From Candidatus Latescibacterota bacterium (lineage in GTDB: Bacteria > Latescibacterota > UBA2968 > UBA8231), in the NCBI GenBank assembly GCA_965197905.1, contig CBDAOB010000003.1, forward strand, positions 1,024,001-1,088,000: a DNA stretch of 64,000 bases, written 5' to 3'. Position numbers and translations under genes: made by a program. The notes below the pieces were generated by a model. That model saw only the letters and a program-made list of their open reading frames with translations, was not told the DNA's origin and searched no databases. Numbering within the stretch: the first letter of the stretch is position 1; each line of letters starts with the position of its first letter. Below, one piece after another: positions 45,819 to 56,088 of this stretch.

Positions 45819-46673
45819 TTACACCGCCACCGAGGTGGGCTGCGGCAGATTCGCCCAGTGCCCCGACGGATCGGCGCCGCTTACCACGATCCCTTCCATA
45901 TTCCAGCCCAAAGCTGCTCGCACCTCAGTCGCGCAGTAGCGCAGCGTCAGGCCGAACCTCCGACGGTCCGACCGATTGACATCGGACCCGTGCAGCAGCA
46001 AATCGCTGTGCAGCGAGATCTCCCCGGCCTTGAGCTCGTCGTAAACCACCTCCCCGTACTGCTCCACGTTATCCACCGTCTGGTTGAGCACATTCTGCTC
46101 GCTCGCCTCGCTGGCGCGGTATTCGATGTGACCGTGGCGATGAGACCTGGCCACAAAACGCATGCATGCATTTTCTGTGTCGGCGTCATCCACGGCGAGC
46201 CAGGCAGTCACCGTCCGCGACGGGGTCAGGGGCCAGTAGCTGGCGTCCTGATGCCACGAAATCTGTTTGCCGTCCCCGGCAAACTTGCACAGACAATGGG
46301 CCCCCCAACCGACCACATCCTCCCCCAATAGATCCTTCACGTGGGCGACGATGCGTTCGTTGGCCAGTATATCGTAAACCACCGGCGACTTCAGGTGCGC
46401 CGAGATGATGGAATAGCTGGTCTGCCCCGCGGCCAGGGCGGTTGCCATCATCGCATCGAGATGAGTGCGGTACTCCTCGATCTCCCCCTCGTCGAAGATG
46501 CGCAGGGGTTTTATGTGCCCCTCGCGATTGTAGGTGCGGATCTGATCCTCCGTCAGCTCCTGCGGACGGTCGGGTTCCACCTCTATGAATCGTAGGTCCC
46601 TATTCATGGACCTCAGCTCTTCCGGGCTCGGCAACCTCTTGAAGCGCGAGTCTTGAATTTTTTCCAGGTGCAT
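45819..46673 (-). CDS. PhyH-family dioxygenase (canonical HxD)
   Basis: Start MHLEKIQ. Motifs WHQDASYWP, AWLAVDD...ENACM and LLHGS..N.S.RRR.GL. Confidence 0.88.
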   Translation of the reverse strand: MHLEKIQDSRFKRLPSPEELRSMNRDLRFIEVEPDRPQELTEDQIRTYNREGHIKPLRIFDEGEIEEYRTHLDAMMATALAAGQTSYSIISAHLKSPVVYDILANERIVAHVKDLLGEDVVGWGAHCLCKFAGDGKQISWHQDASYWPLTPSRTVTAWLAVDDADTENACMRFVARSHRHGHIEYRASEASEQNVLNQTVDNVEQYGEVVYDELKAGEISLHSDLLLHGSDVNRSDRRRFGLTLRYCATEVRAALGWNMEGIVVSGADPSGHWANLPQPTSVAV

Positions 46674-46757
46674 TTTTGTTACCTTCTCTGCGTTAGCGCT
46701 GAACCACCAAATGTTAGCCATTTGCGACGTGGTGGGCAAACAACATGGGGGTACTGA

Positions 46758-48260
46758 TTGAAAGACGGAGCATTGTTCGAGAAAGCCAGTAGCGCTACGG
46801 CAGGCATCGTTGAGATTGGTAACCGCAAGCAGCTCTTTCTCGACGATCTTCTCGTAGACGAGGCGAGCCGCATATCCAGGTTCATGTACCGACCGGACAA
46901 GTACCCCGGAAATCCGATCCTTGCCGCCGAGGAACCGTGGGAATTGGGCAAGAACCGACGCGGGATTGTCGCCGGAGTCGAGATCACCGGGCAGACGGTG
47001 ATCTACGATGAGCAGGAGCGGATCTTCAAGATGTGGTATCTGGGGTGGATGTGGGAGGATGGCCTGCGGCCATGGTGTTACGCGACCTCCAAGAACGGCT
47101 ACGACTGGGAGCGCCCGGATCTGGGCATCTACGAGTACGAGGGCTCCAAACGAAACAACATCATGTTTGCGGCGACGGATCCAAACTACTTCAACGTTTT
47201 CAAAGACCCCCGCGATCCGGACCCCCAGCGGTTGTACAAAGCCCAGGGTGAGGTGGAGGGTCCGATCTCGAACACCACGGGCGGTGCCATCAACGCCTAC
47301 TCGCCGGACGGGATTCACTGGACCGAGCATCCGGGTAATCCGGTAGTGAATCACGGCGCCAACTTCGCTGACGCTTCCACCGTGCTCGGCTGGGACCCGA
47401 AGCGGGAGAAATACGTCGGCTATTTTCGTCCAGGGCACCCAGTGGCTCACGAGATCGACGGCATCGGACGCCACCGCCACATCCGCACGATTGGCTACTC
47501 CGAAAGCGACGACTTCGAGAATTGGACGCCCACCCACATCATGCTGGCCCCCGATCACTTGAGTCGCGCCGATCACCAGTTCATGCAGTTCACTGCCGCG
47601 ATCTACGGCGATTTCTACGTCGGTTTTCTGATGTTGCACCAGACCCACGAACAGACCTGGGAAACGTTTCTTCTCAGTAGCCGCGATGGCTTCAACTGGA
47701 CGTGGGTCGACCGCCACGTTCCTTTTCTCAGCTATGGTGAGCTGGGGAGCTACGATGCCGGTTACATGACCCCCTCCGGTCCGATTCTACACGATGGCAC
47801 CATCTGGGTTTATTACGGTGCCTTCCGCGGCGCCCACGGCTACGATCCAGTGAAAAGGGGGCGTGCAGCCGGCGATCAGACGAACATGACCATAGCCCTG
47901 GCCACCCTCAACGAGGATCGCTGGGCGGGACTGTTGGCCGGCCCCAATCAGGCGCTGGTGGTGACGAAACCGCTGATATTCAAGGGGACCCGCCTCAAGC
48001 TCGATATCCACGCCTCCGTGCCCCACGGCAAGCCGGGCAAGATTCCAAACTTCGACGAGTGCGATGTGCGGGCGGCCATTTCCGATCAATCGGGCATGCC
48101 GATCGACGGTTTCAGCTTCGAACGGTCGACAAATATTCGCGAGACCGGCGTCCATCAGGTTTCCTGGGAGGGGATGGACTTGAGACGTCTAGAAGGAGAA
48201 ACCGTGCGCCTGCGGTTGGAGATGCGCAACTGCTGCCTGTGCTCCTTTCAATTCTACTAG
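46758..48260 (+). CDS. Five-bladed beta-propeller (GH32/GH130-like) hypothetical protein
   Basis: Motifs QLFLDD, NPIL....PWE, FKMWY, YATSKNG..WE.P.LG..E..GS..NN, SPDG.HW and SRDG..W. Confidence 0.7.
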   Translation: MKDGALFEKASSATAGIVEIGNRKQLFLDDLLVDEASRISRFMYRPDKYPGNPILAAEEPWELGKNRRGIVAGVEITGQTVIYDEQERIFKMWYLGWMWEDGLRPWCYATSKNGYDWERPDLGIYEYEGSKRNNIMFAATDPNYFNVFKDPRDPDPQRLYKAQGEVEGPISNTTGGAINAYSPDGIHWTEHPGNPVVNHGANFADASTVLGWDPKREKYVGYFRPGHPVAHEIDGIGRHRHIRTIGYSESDDFENWTPTHIMLAPDHLSRADHQFMQFTAAIYGDFYVGFLMLHQTHEQTWETFLLSSRDGFNWTWVDRHVPFLSYGELGSYDAGYMTPSGPILHDGTIWVYYGAFRGAHGYDPVKRGRAAGDQTNMTIALATLNEDRWAGLLAGPNQALVVTKPLIFKGTRLKLDIHASVPHGKPGKIPNFDECDVRAAISDQSGMPIDGFSFERSTNIRETGVHQVSWEGMDLRRLEGETVRLRLEMRNCCLCSFQFY

Positions 48261-48283
48261 TCTGCTAACATAACCCGGACTCC

Positions 48284-49079
48284 ATGCTGTCCGAGAAACA
48301 ACACCAACACTTCGACACCTTCGGTTTCCTGGTCTTGCCGAAGGTCTTCACACCCGAAGAGATCGAAACGCTGGCGGCTGAATTCGATCGCCTCGCGGTT
48401 CCCTTGCTCAGTGGCGAATCGGCCAGCCGGGGAACGATATGCTTCGACCTACTGGAACGCGGCAGCCACCTGGAGGGCTTGCTCGGCGATGAACGCATCG
48501 CCGGAATAGCCCGCAATCTGCTGGGACCGGACGCGTTCTGTCAGCAAAACACGGCGCAGGCCCACGCGGGTGATGAACCCTGGCGATCGGCTTTTGGTTG
48601 GGATGTCCGGATCCCCACTGGTCGCCAGGATGCCCGTGAAAACATGGAATTCGCCGCTCACTATTCTCCGGGTGTCCGCCTGACCATCGGAGCTGGACGA
48701 GGTCGCTGCCGGTTGCCGTCGGGTGATTGCCGGCTCGCACCGGGAGCCGTACCACGATCAACTCTGGACTCTGTGCTCGGAGATCGTCCTCGCCGGACAA
48801 GACCCGTCGTTGCAGGAGGGGTTGAACGCATTGTGCGATCGCGATGAGATTCAGGGCGAACGGCGGACCCAGCTGTTCGAAGATCCCGCCGCCAACAGCT
48901 TCGAGCTGGCCCCCGACCAGGTTCCGCACATGGGCTTGCTAGTCGAGCCGGGCGATCTGGTGATTTTCGACCATATGCTGTGGCACGGATGTTTCGGAAG
49001 TGGTCCGCGCCGTGCGATCGCCGTCGACTGGACGAAGGCGTTACTAGCGGACCACCAAAAACGGGGGATCATTGCCTGA
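48284..49079 (+). pseudogene. PhyH-family dioxygenase with a +1 frameshift and degenerate HxD site
   Basis: Begins MLSEKQHQHFDTFGFL. Removing one G at about 48690 joins RLTI to ELDEVAAGCRRVIAGSH...PGD.V.FDH.LWHG. WRSA replaces WHxD. Confidence 0.7.
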
Positions 49080-49825
49080 GGCGATCTTCAAGACCAACCG
49101 CTTCGGCGAAGAGGAGCGCGCCCAATTCGACCGAGATGGTCACTACCTGCTACCCGGTCTGCTTCGCACCGATGCCTGCGACCAGCTTACCAAATCGTGC
49201 AAGGCCAATCAGGACCTTCTCGCTTCAAAAGTGGAAGGCAAGAATCCAAAACACTACTCAGCCGAGTTCGACCCCTACTTCGAAAACTTGATGGTCCACC
49301 CCCAGCTTCTCGAAATGGCCCGTTCCGTGCTCGGATCGGATATCCGGCTGGACCACTGCGTCACCCTCAACCGGAGGCGGTTACCCGGGCAGCGGATGGC
49401 ACAGCCACCCGTACGCCGACGACGATCCGAGCCTTGGCTTGGTGCGCATATTTTTCTACGTCAACGGGTTCGAGGCATATGACGGCGCAGTCAAGGTGGT
49501 ACCCGGCAGCCATCTGTTTCGCGATTCGACGATCGAAGCGGAAACCGATGAGGAGTTGCTGGCGGGGTGGATGGCGGGGAGGACGCACCCGGTGACCGGG
49601 GATCCCCTGCGGATCGAGGAACTCTCCGCTCCTCCCGGAAGCGTCGCCCTATTGTGGACTCACGCCGCCCACGGAGTCAGCCCGCGACGAACCGAAAGTG
49701 GTTTTCGCTGGGCCATTGTCTTCGGTTACCGAAATCCGGGTCAGCCTTGTGTCTCTCGTTGGATACGGCCGGAGTTCGAGCAGAAGGATATTCCAGGAGC
49801 GGACGGGCTACTGAACCTCTATTAA
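49072..49825 (+). pseudogene. PhyH-family dioxygenase with a frameshift (HxH variant)
   Basis: FDRDGHYLLPG, then a frame change at about 49375 joins HCVTLNR to GGYPGSGWHSHPY...VRIFFYVNGF...VVPGSH...HAAHGV. Confidence 0.7.
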
Positions 49826-50041
49826 GGTGATTGCTGACCCCGTGGCAGGATTGGCTCGGGTGGCAACCGGAGCCGTCGACTCAGGTTGCTCGACCTATGT
49901 GACTTTGCCCACGATGGGGTTTATTCTACTTATGACCTCAAGAGGGGTGAAATGCGTCTGGCGGCCAGCCATTGCCGGGCGGGCCGCGTGCACTCAGACG
50001 CTCGACGGGATCCCGGAGTGTGAACGCACAAAGAGTGCAGC

Positions 50042-50305
50042 ATGGGCGACGATTTCACCGAACTGTGTGACAATCTGGATCGCTACATTTGCGAGGTTGT
50101 TCCGAACCTTCCCGATGCCGATGCGTTCTACCAGGACAGATCCCGTCCTGAGACGCTGAAACAGATGCAGGCCATGGGAGCGAACGATCCGTTGGCAGTC
50201 CAACTGGAGCCGGGCGATGCCGCCGTGCATCACTGTGAGGTCATCCACCGGGCGGATCCAAACCGTTCGAAGGGTCTGGAGGCGGGCAAACCCAATGAAA
50301 TCTGA
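50042..50305 (+). pseudogene. Internally deleted PhyH-family dioxygenase remnant
   Basis: N-terminal-type segment NLDRYI.EVVP.LP..DAFY...ETLKQ.Q is fused directly to C-terminal-type LEPGDA.VHH...IHRADPN.S. The HxD core is absent. Confidence 0.5.
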
Positions 50306-53246
50306 CCGACTCGGAATGACCATCAAAGCGGTTGGGGCAGCCGCGATGCTTTTATTGTTCGGCACCGGTGCAGACGCCCAGGTTGTACTGGAAGAGACGG
50401 CAGCCACCCGACATTATCTGCGTTGGGAGCGACCGTCTTACCAGAACTACGCCATACAGAACTACCGCAACTATCCCAATCACGCCGTGCCGTACGAGGA
50501 TACGCCCCGTGCTATCTACGACGGCATGGGGAACTATCTCTCCACGGGATACGAGCTCTACGGCTGGCAAGAAACCCGCACCGCCGGCCTGGTATACGGC
50601 AGCCAAATCTACAAGGAATCCGCCCTGTCGGAAACCGGCGGTGCCTGGATGAAGGTGTTCGACAGCACGGCAGTCGGGCGCGACGGCTACGGAGGCTGGG
50701 GATACAGCTTGATCGTGGGGGACGGCCTGATCTCGCGGTTCACGCCGCTAACCTTGTCAAAAACGGATTTCAACGGTGTTAGGTTGGATGTAGCCACTCC
50801 GCTTTTGCAGTTCACCGGATTGGCGTCGCGGATCGAACGCCCCCACGCCTATCAAGAGAACGCTACTCTCTGGAATATTGCTAACACCCATTACGCCGAC
50901 GATTCGGTCATGTTACTGGGTGGCCGTGCTCAGGCCGACGCCGGTTTGATGGAGCTGGGTCTGAATGCAACGAGTCTGCATGTGTTCCGCAGCACCATGG
51001 AGGGGGCTGAACTGAGGGGGCGATTGCGGCCGGACCAGCCCTTGGCTGACTGGATCATCGTTCGCTTCTCCGACGACTCGCCGCGTGATGGCAGCGCCGG
51101 CGCCGCGGTGCAGGACGTACAACTCATCATCGATGGCGTCGCCAGACCGGATCTAGTCCCCAGGGCGATCCGGCACCACGCCGGAATCAACCCGCAGGTG
51201 GGCACCTTGTCAGCAGCCACCGGCGAATTTCGCGCTGTGCCGTACACCACAGTACAGACCCGGTCGTCGGGAACAACCATTTATCGCGACAAGGAGATTC
51301 CGCTCTTTGCCGATTATCTCTACGTCATAGATCACCAGGACGGCATCGACGTGAGCGGTGCGACCAACATCGAGGGGCTCCTGTCGGGGTTCCAGGAGGT
51401 AGCGCCTGCGGAATTTAATACCGCCGACGGTGAGGACCAGCTGGCTTACCTCTTCGACGTGTCCCGGGAGTCAGACGTTACTGACGTCAAGGTGGAAGCC
51501 CTGCTCGCCAACGACTACCGGGTCGACGTGGCGTTGTTGCACAATAAGAGTCCCCGTGCCAGGAACTACTACAGCATGTTCTTTTCCACCTTCTACGATC
51601 CGGTATTGCGGGCCAAGGGCAATGTGCAGGATCTCTCCAATGCGAAACGAGTGCGCGTTGCGGTGGGCGAGCACACCGGATTGTTCACCTATAGCGCCGA
51701 TCTAAAGCTGGCCCTTCCGGGATTGGAGATCGTCGGCGAGTACGCCCGCTCGTCGCGGTATTCGCGCTATCCTTCCGTGGTAAACGGTGAGCCGCAGTTC
51801 GAGGAAAGTTCCCACGCCGGCAGACACGGCTCCGCATATTATCTGAACGCGACCCACTGGTTCGGTCGCGGTCGCGTCGGCGGTGAATATTTCGCCATCA
51901 ATCCGGACTATCAGACCGAGCTTCGCACCTACCTTCAATGGGAGCAACCGTTTCAGTACAGCAATCTCCGCGGATCGGCCAACAGCACCGTCTACTGGGA
52001 GCTGGTGCAGGACAACGATGACGGAGACCGGATCCCCGATCGTCGTATCGGCAATCTGACCGGTTTCGGCAACGACAATCGCGGTGACGATATCGATGGC
52101 GTCTGGCTGGGACAGGACGAAGACAACGACGGTTTCCCCGAGACCAATCGGGATGGAGATCGCATCCCCGACTACGAAGAGCCGTTTCTGATGTACGACG
52201 TGGAACCGAACGCCTACGTCTATGGTCTCGATCGCAACAATAACGACGAGCCCGATCAGCGCGAAGACGACATTGAGATCGACTACCCATACGATTATGA
52301 CCAGCGTGGCATCCACCTGTTCGGCAGCGTCGACTTGACCCGGCATTGGTCGCTGGCCGTCGGCCGTTATCAGACCGAACAGATCGCCGGCCCCGGCCGC
52401 AATCGCTCCTCATACGCCTTGCTGCAGTATGGGAGGGAGGGTATAAACCGCCTCCGTCACGTGCGCTTCGAGAGCGGACTCCGCCGCCTCCAGGACGATA
52501 TCCTCGATTCCTACGTGGTGATGGACGAAAACCCCGACCGCACGCGGAGCTTCGGTTTCCGCGGTCTGGGCAGATGCAATTGTGCCGAAGCATACGTGCA
52601 GGACTATCCACCGGTCTTCTCCGGACGCGTTGTTCGCGATTTGGGAAACTACATGGACAGTTACGTGAGCGAGAGCTATCTGGAAGGCACTGTCCAACCC
52701 TGGGACAACCTCAATCTGGTCCAGAAGGTCCGCATGCGATTGAACTGGCAACAGGGCGGACGCCTTTACAACAACCAGTTCCAGCGCGAACGTCGACTGG
52801 ACTTCTGGTCGTGGGTGAGCCGCGTCGATTATGCCTGGCGTTGGAGCAAGCTGAGCTTCTCGCCCCAGTACAAGTACATGCTGCTGCGCCTAGTCGACCA
52901 GGAGCGGGATTTGAGATTGCGGTCAGAGACTCGCTCGATACCAACCTTGCGACTCGAGTATCAGTTATTGCCTCGAACCGTCCTGAAAGCGGGACTGCAG
53001 GGGTTTGGTCCGCTTCCCTACCGTCGCGAGGAGCATTCCAATCGCAACAGTTTCGAGCAACGGACTACCTTCGTGAACCTCACCAACCTGTCCGGCTATT
53101 TCGGCTATCAATTGGTTACCATCGTCGGCATCAATCGGGACCGCAAGGAGTTCGATACCCGCTTCCAGGATTTCAGAGACTTTGAAGACCTTACCATTTT
53201 TGTCCGCGCCATGATCGGATTCACTGATCTCGGCCCGCCGCTGTAG
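50295..53246 (+). CDS. Large secreted hypothetical protein, putative outer-membrane beta-barrel with Asp-rich Ca-binding repeats (paralog 2)
   Basis: Signal peptide ...AAAMLLLFGTGADA, Asp-rich repeats at about 52010-52310, C-terminal IFVRAMIGF. Colinear with 31431-34409. Confidence 0.78.
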   Translation: MKSDRLGMTIKAVGAAAMLLLFGTGADAQVVLEETAATRHYLRWERPSYQNYAIQNYRNYPNHAVPYEDTPRAIYDGMGNYLSTGYELYGWQETRTAGLVYGSQIYKESALSETGGAWMKVFDSTAVGRDGYGGWGYSLIVGDGLISRFTPLTLSKTDFNGVRLDVATPLLQFTGLASRIERPHAYQENATLWNIANTHYADDSVMLLGGRAQADAGLMELGLNATSLHVFRSTMEGAELRGRLRPDQPLADWIIVRFSDDSPRDGSAGAAVQDVQLIIDGVARPDLVPRAIRHHAGINPQVGTLSAATGEFRAVPYTTVQTRSSGTTIYRDKEIPLFADYLYVIDHQDGIDVSGATNIEGLLSGFQEVAPAEFNTADGEDQLAYLFDVSRESDVTDVKVEALLANDYRVDVALLHNKSPRARNYYSMFFSTFYDPVLRAKGNVQDLSNAKRVRVAVGEHTGLFTYSADLKLALPGLEIVGEYARSSRYSRYPSVVNGEPQFEESSHAGRHGSAYYLNATHWFGRGRVGGEYFAINPDYQTELRTYLQWEQPFQYSNLRGSANSTVYWELVQDNDDGDRIPDRRIGNLTGFGNDNRGDDIDGVWLGQDEDNDGFPETNRDGDRIPDYEEPFLMYDVEPNAYVYGLDRNNNDEPDQREDDIEIDYPYDYDQRGIHLFGSVDLTRHWSLAVGRYQTEQIAGPGRNRSSYALLQYGREGINRLRHVRFESGLRRLQDDILDSYVVMDENPDRTRSFGFRGLGRCNCAEAYVQDYPPVFSGRVVRDLGNYMDSYVSESYLEGTVQPWDNLNLVQKVRMRLNWQQGGRLYNNQFQRERRLDFWSWVSRVDYAWRWSKLSFSPQYKYMLLRLVDQERDLRLRSETRSIPTLRLEYQLLPRTVLKAGLQGFGPLPYRREEHSNRNSFEQRTTFVNLTNLSGYFGYQLVTIVGINRDRKEFDTRFQDFRDFEDLTIFVRAMIGFTDLGPPL

Positions 53247-53248
53247 CG

Positions 53249-54379
53249 TCATCCCTCGATCTCTAGATAACTACCCTGTATGCAGGTTACTCCGTCCAGC
53301 TCCTGCCCGTAATAACACACGAACAGTTTTCCCGGTTCGTATTCGATCGTCGTCGGATATCCCAAGTCCCTGTTGGGAAGGTTGTTTCGAACGATGATCT
53401 CCTCGTCCGCCAGCCAGCTCCGCCCTCCGTCTTCCGAGAGACTCCCATAGATTCCGAACGGCGCTCTCCGGCGTCCGTAGGTGCACAGGAGGCGTCCATC
53501 GGCCAGTACCAGCAGGTGTCCGGGAATACCGTCCAGCGGAGTAACCTCGGGTTTGCTCCAGGTCTTGCCGCCGTCCGTCGACCTGCACGCGCGTAGGTAT
53601 TGGCACCCGTTCTCCAACCAATCGCTGCGCAGTATACAGATCAACTCTCCTGGCGCCACCTCGGCGATGTCAGGTTCGCAGAAGAGGCCGTCGGGGAAAT
53701 CCGCTATCAGCACAGGAGGATCCCAGGTTGAACCACCGTCATCCGAGAACACGATGTAGGTGTGCCTGCAGTTACTGGGATGTTCGGTGACGGCATAGGC
53801 CACCCGGTCGTCCTCGAGGTGGATGACGCCGGTTCGCGAATAACCCTCTTGATACGGGCCGGCGTCGATCTTGACGGTATGCTCAAAGCTGTTGCCGCCA
53901 TCGTTGCTGAGATGGGCATAAAAACCGTGACGCCCGCGAGCCCAGGTGCGCTCGGCATCCTTCCATTCGTCTTCGCCGAACTCTGCGGTAAAACCCCTGC
54001 CCGGCAGTCTGATCTCTACCGGGACGCCGTCGGCGTGTAGTTTTTTCGCCAGCCCAAGGGGATACCAGGCGAAACGGAACTGCGTGAGAACCACCGAGCC
54101 GTTGCGAAGTTGTGCGATACCGGGACACTCGGTGCCGTACCAGTCGAAATCAGGGGCGAACCAGGGTTGCGACCAGCTCCCTCCTCGGTCGGAGGACCGC
54201 GCCAGCAGGGTGCGGAAAAGCGGATCCCCCGGAGGGTGGTCAAACGGTTGACGCCGCCGGCTGTGATTGAAGGCCGCCAGCCAATCGCCGTTCTCAAGAA
54301 CCGCTATCGATGGGTGGGAGATGTAGGCGAAGTCGTCTTTGTGAACGGTGATGGATCTACCTACCGAAATCTTTGACAT
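53249..54379 (-). CDS. Sialidase-like (BNR/Asp-box) beta-propeller protein
   Basis: Five S.D.G.(T/S)(W/F) Asp-boxes. Motifs CEP, YG.R and DLGYP. Confidence 0.8.
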   Translation of the reverse strand: MSKISVGRSITVHKDDFAYISHPSIAVLENGDWLAAFNHSRRRQPFDHPPGDPLFRTLLARSSDRGGSWSQPWFAPDFDWYGTECPGIAQLRNGSVVLTQFRFAWYPLGLAKKLHADGVPVEIRLPGRGFTAEFGEDEWKDAERTWARGRHGFYAHLSNDGGNSFEHTVKIDAGPYQEGYSRTGVIHLEDDRVAYAVTEHPSNCRHTYIVFSDDGGSTWDPPVLIADFPDGLFCEPDIAEVAPGELICILRSDWLENGCQYLRACRSTDGGKTWSKPEVTPLDGIPGHLLVLADGRLLCTYGRRRAPFGIYGSLSEDGGRSWLADEEIIVRNNLPNRDLGYPTTIEYEPGKLFVCYYGQELDGVTCIQGSYLEIEG

Positions 54380-54543
54380 GTCGAAATCCTCGATTGCATT
54401 GGTGAAAGGGAGAAAGCTCTACAATCGATTGAGCGCTGTCGATGGGGATCGGGGGAACTGCAAAGGTGGCGTCTGGCCACGCTGAAAAAATCGGACTACT
54501 ATAACGGCACAGAGTGGCAGCAATCCTCATCCAGGAGAATTCG

Positions 54544-56088
54544 ATGATCTCACCCCTGCGCAACGAGCGTCACCCTTACGCCTTGCCCTCGAACATCATC
54601 TACTTCTTCGACTGGCGCTACGTGCACCATGGCAGCCATTCCAGCTGGCTGACAGCCTCTGGCGAACGCAAGCGTTTCTGGACTACGGATCCGGTCGAGC
54701 CGACGTTGCACATTCCCGGCTACATGCCAAGCGGTATACGCCTGCGGGCAAAACCGGCGCAGAAGACCGAACCATTTCTCGTGCCCGAGGGGGACGAGGA
54801 CATGATCTGGTCCGGCGGCGTGGTTATCCATGAAGAAGGCCGTTACCGTCTGTGGTACGAGACCGCCGGCAAAGAGCACATCGATCACCCCAAGTACAAC
54901 ATGGGTTCGTTCGACTATATCCGTTACGCCGAATCGGACGACGGCGAGACCTGGCGCCAACCCTCCCTCGGCCTGTTGGAACGGAACGGCACCAAAACAA
55001 ACAACCTCGTCTATGGTGTCCCTTTGATCGACAACACCGGTCTGCACGGGGCTACGATCTTCAAGGACCCGTCGGCGCCCCCAGAGGAACGATACAAGAT
55101 GTTTCATACGGGGCAGATGGGTGGGGACATGAAGGAGGGCTATCTGCGCGATCGTCCCAACGAGCTGGGTGCTCAGTCGCACGCGGGTGAGAAGCTGGAA
55201 GGGTTCTTTGGCGCCGTCTCTCCGGATGGTTTGGGCTGGACTCCGTTGAAGGATGCGCTGATCTCGCAGGTGAGTGACACCCACAATGTGTGCGAGTACG
55301 ATCCGGTGTTGGGGCAGTATGTAGCTTACTGTCGCAGCCATTACCTCATGCGGCGCAGCATCGGTCGTCTGGCCAGCTCCGACTTCAGGCGTTTCCCCTT
55401 GTCGGAGGAGGTGTTCTGGCCCAATGCTACCAACGAGCCATACGATCTGTGGTACGGCAATGCCAAGACGGTCATGCCCGGAACCACCGACTACCACATC
55501 ATGTTTCCGCTGCGCTGGCGTCTGATCGATGACTCCTTTGCCTTCTTGCTGGCCGCCAGTCCTGACAACGTGATGTGGAATCCTGTGCCGGGTGGTCCGG
55601 TATGTCGCCCGGGAGAGCCCGGTGACTTCGACTACGGTACCGTAGCTGCTGGCGTCGGTGTGGTGAATCTGCCGGGCGACCGCATGGGGGTTACCGTCGG
55701 CTGCTCGAGTCACGGGCACAAACAGCAGCTGCGGCAACGGCCTGACGCGTCGATCAACTGGGCGACCTGGAAGAAGGGCCGGCTCGCCGCGCTCGAAGCA
55801 CCCGAAGAGGGTAACTTTCGCACCTTCCAACTGACCATTCCCCAGCGGCGTGCCTATCTCAACTTCAAGACGGCGGTAGGGGGCCGCGTCGAGGTGCAGG
55901 TGTGCGACAGCAAGTACAAGCCGATTCCCGGCCGCGGCTATGAAGAATGCGATTGGCTGGTCGGGGATGAGACCGACAGGGAACTCGCATGGAAAGGGGA
56001 GTCAGATCTGGGCCACGAAGGTGACGGACCGATCTCCCTCTCCTTCCGCCTGCGCTGTGCGGAGCTCTACAGCGTGGAATTCAGGTGA
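54544..56088 (+). CDS. Five-bladed beta-propeller (GH32/GH130-like) hypothetical protein
   Basis: AGGAG RBS. Motifs YRLWY, YAESDDG..W..P.LG..E..G...NN, F.DP.AP..ERYK, SPDG..W and SDTHN. Confidence 0.68.
   Translation: MISPLRNERHPYALPSNIIYFFDWRYVHHGSHSSWLTASGERKRFWTTDPVEPTLHIPGYMPSGIRLRAKPAQKTEPFLVPEGDEDMIWSGGVVIHEEGRYRLWYETAGKEHIDHPKYNMGSFDYIRYAESDDGETWRQPSLGLLERNGTKTNNLVYGVPLIDNTGLHGATIFKDPSAPPEERYKMFHTGQMGGDMKEGYLRDRPNELGAQSHAGEKLEGFFGAVSPDGLGWTPLKDALISQVSDTHNVCEYDPVLGQYVAYCRSHYLMRRSIGRLASSDFRRFPLSEEVFWPNATNEPYDLWYGNAKTVMPGTTDYHIMFPLRWRLIDDSFAFLLAASPDNVMWNPVPGGPVCRPGEPGDFDYGTVAAGVGVVNLPGDRMGVTVGCSSHGHKQQLRQRPDASINWATWKKGRLAALEAPEEGNFRTFQLTIPQRRAYLNFKTAVGGRVEVQVCDSKYKPIPGRGYEECDWLVGDETDRELAWKGESDLGHEGDGPISLSFRLRCAELYSVEFR

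Noticed and set aside
46674..47717. 632-aa ORF 45819..47717 as a fusion protein
   Set aside because: The N-terminal extension is the antisense shadow of 46758-48260. The PhyH domain starts at about 46673.
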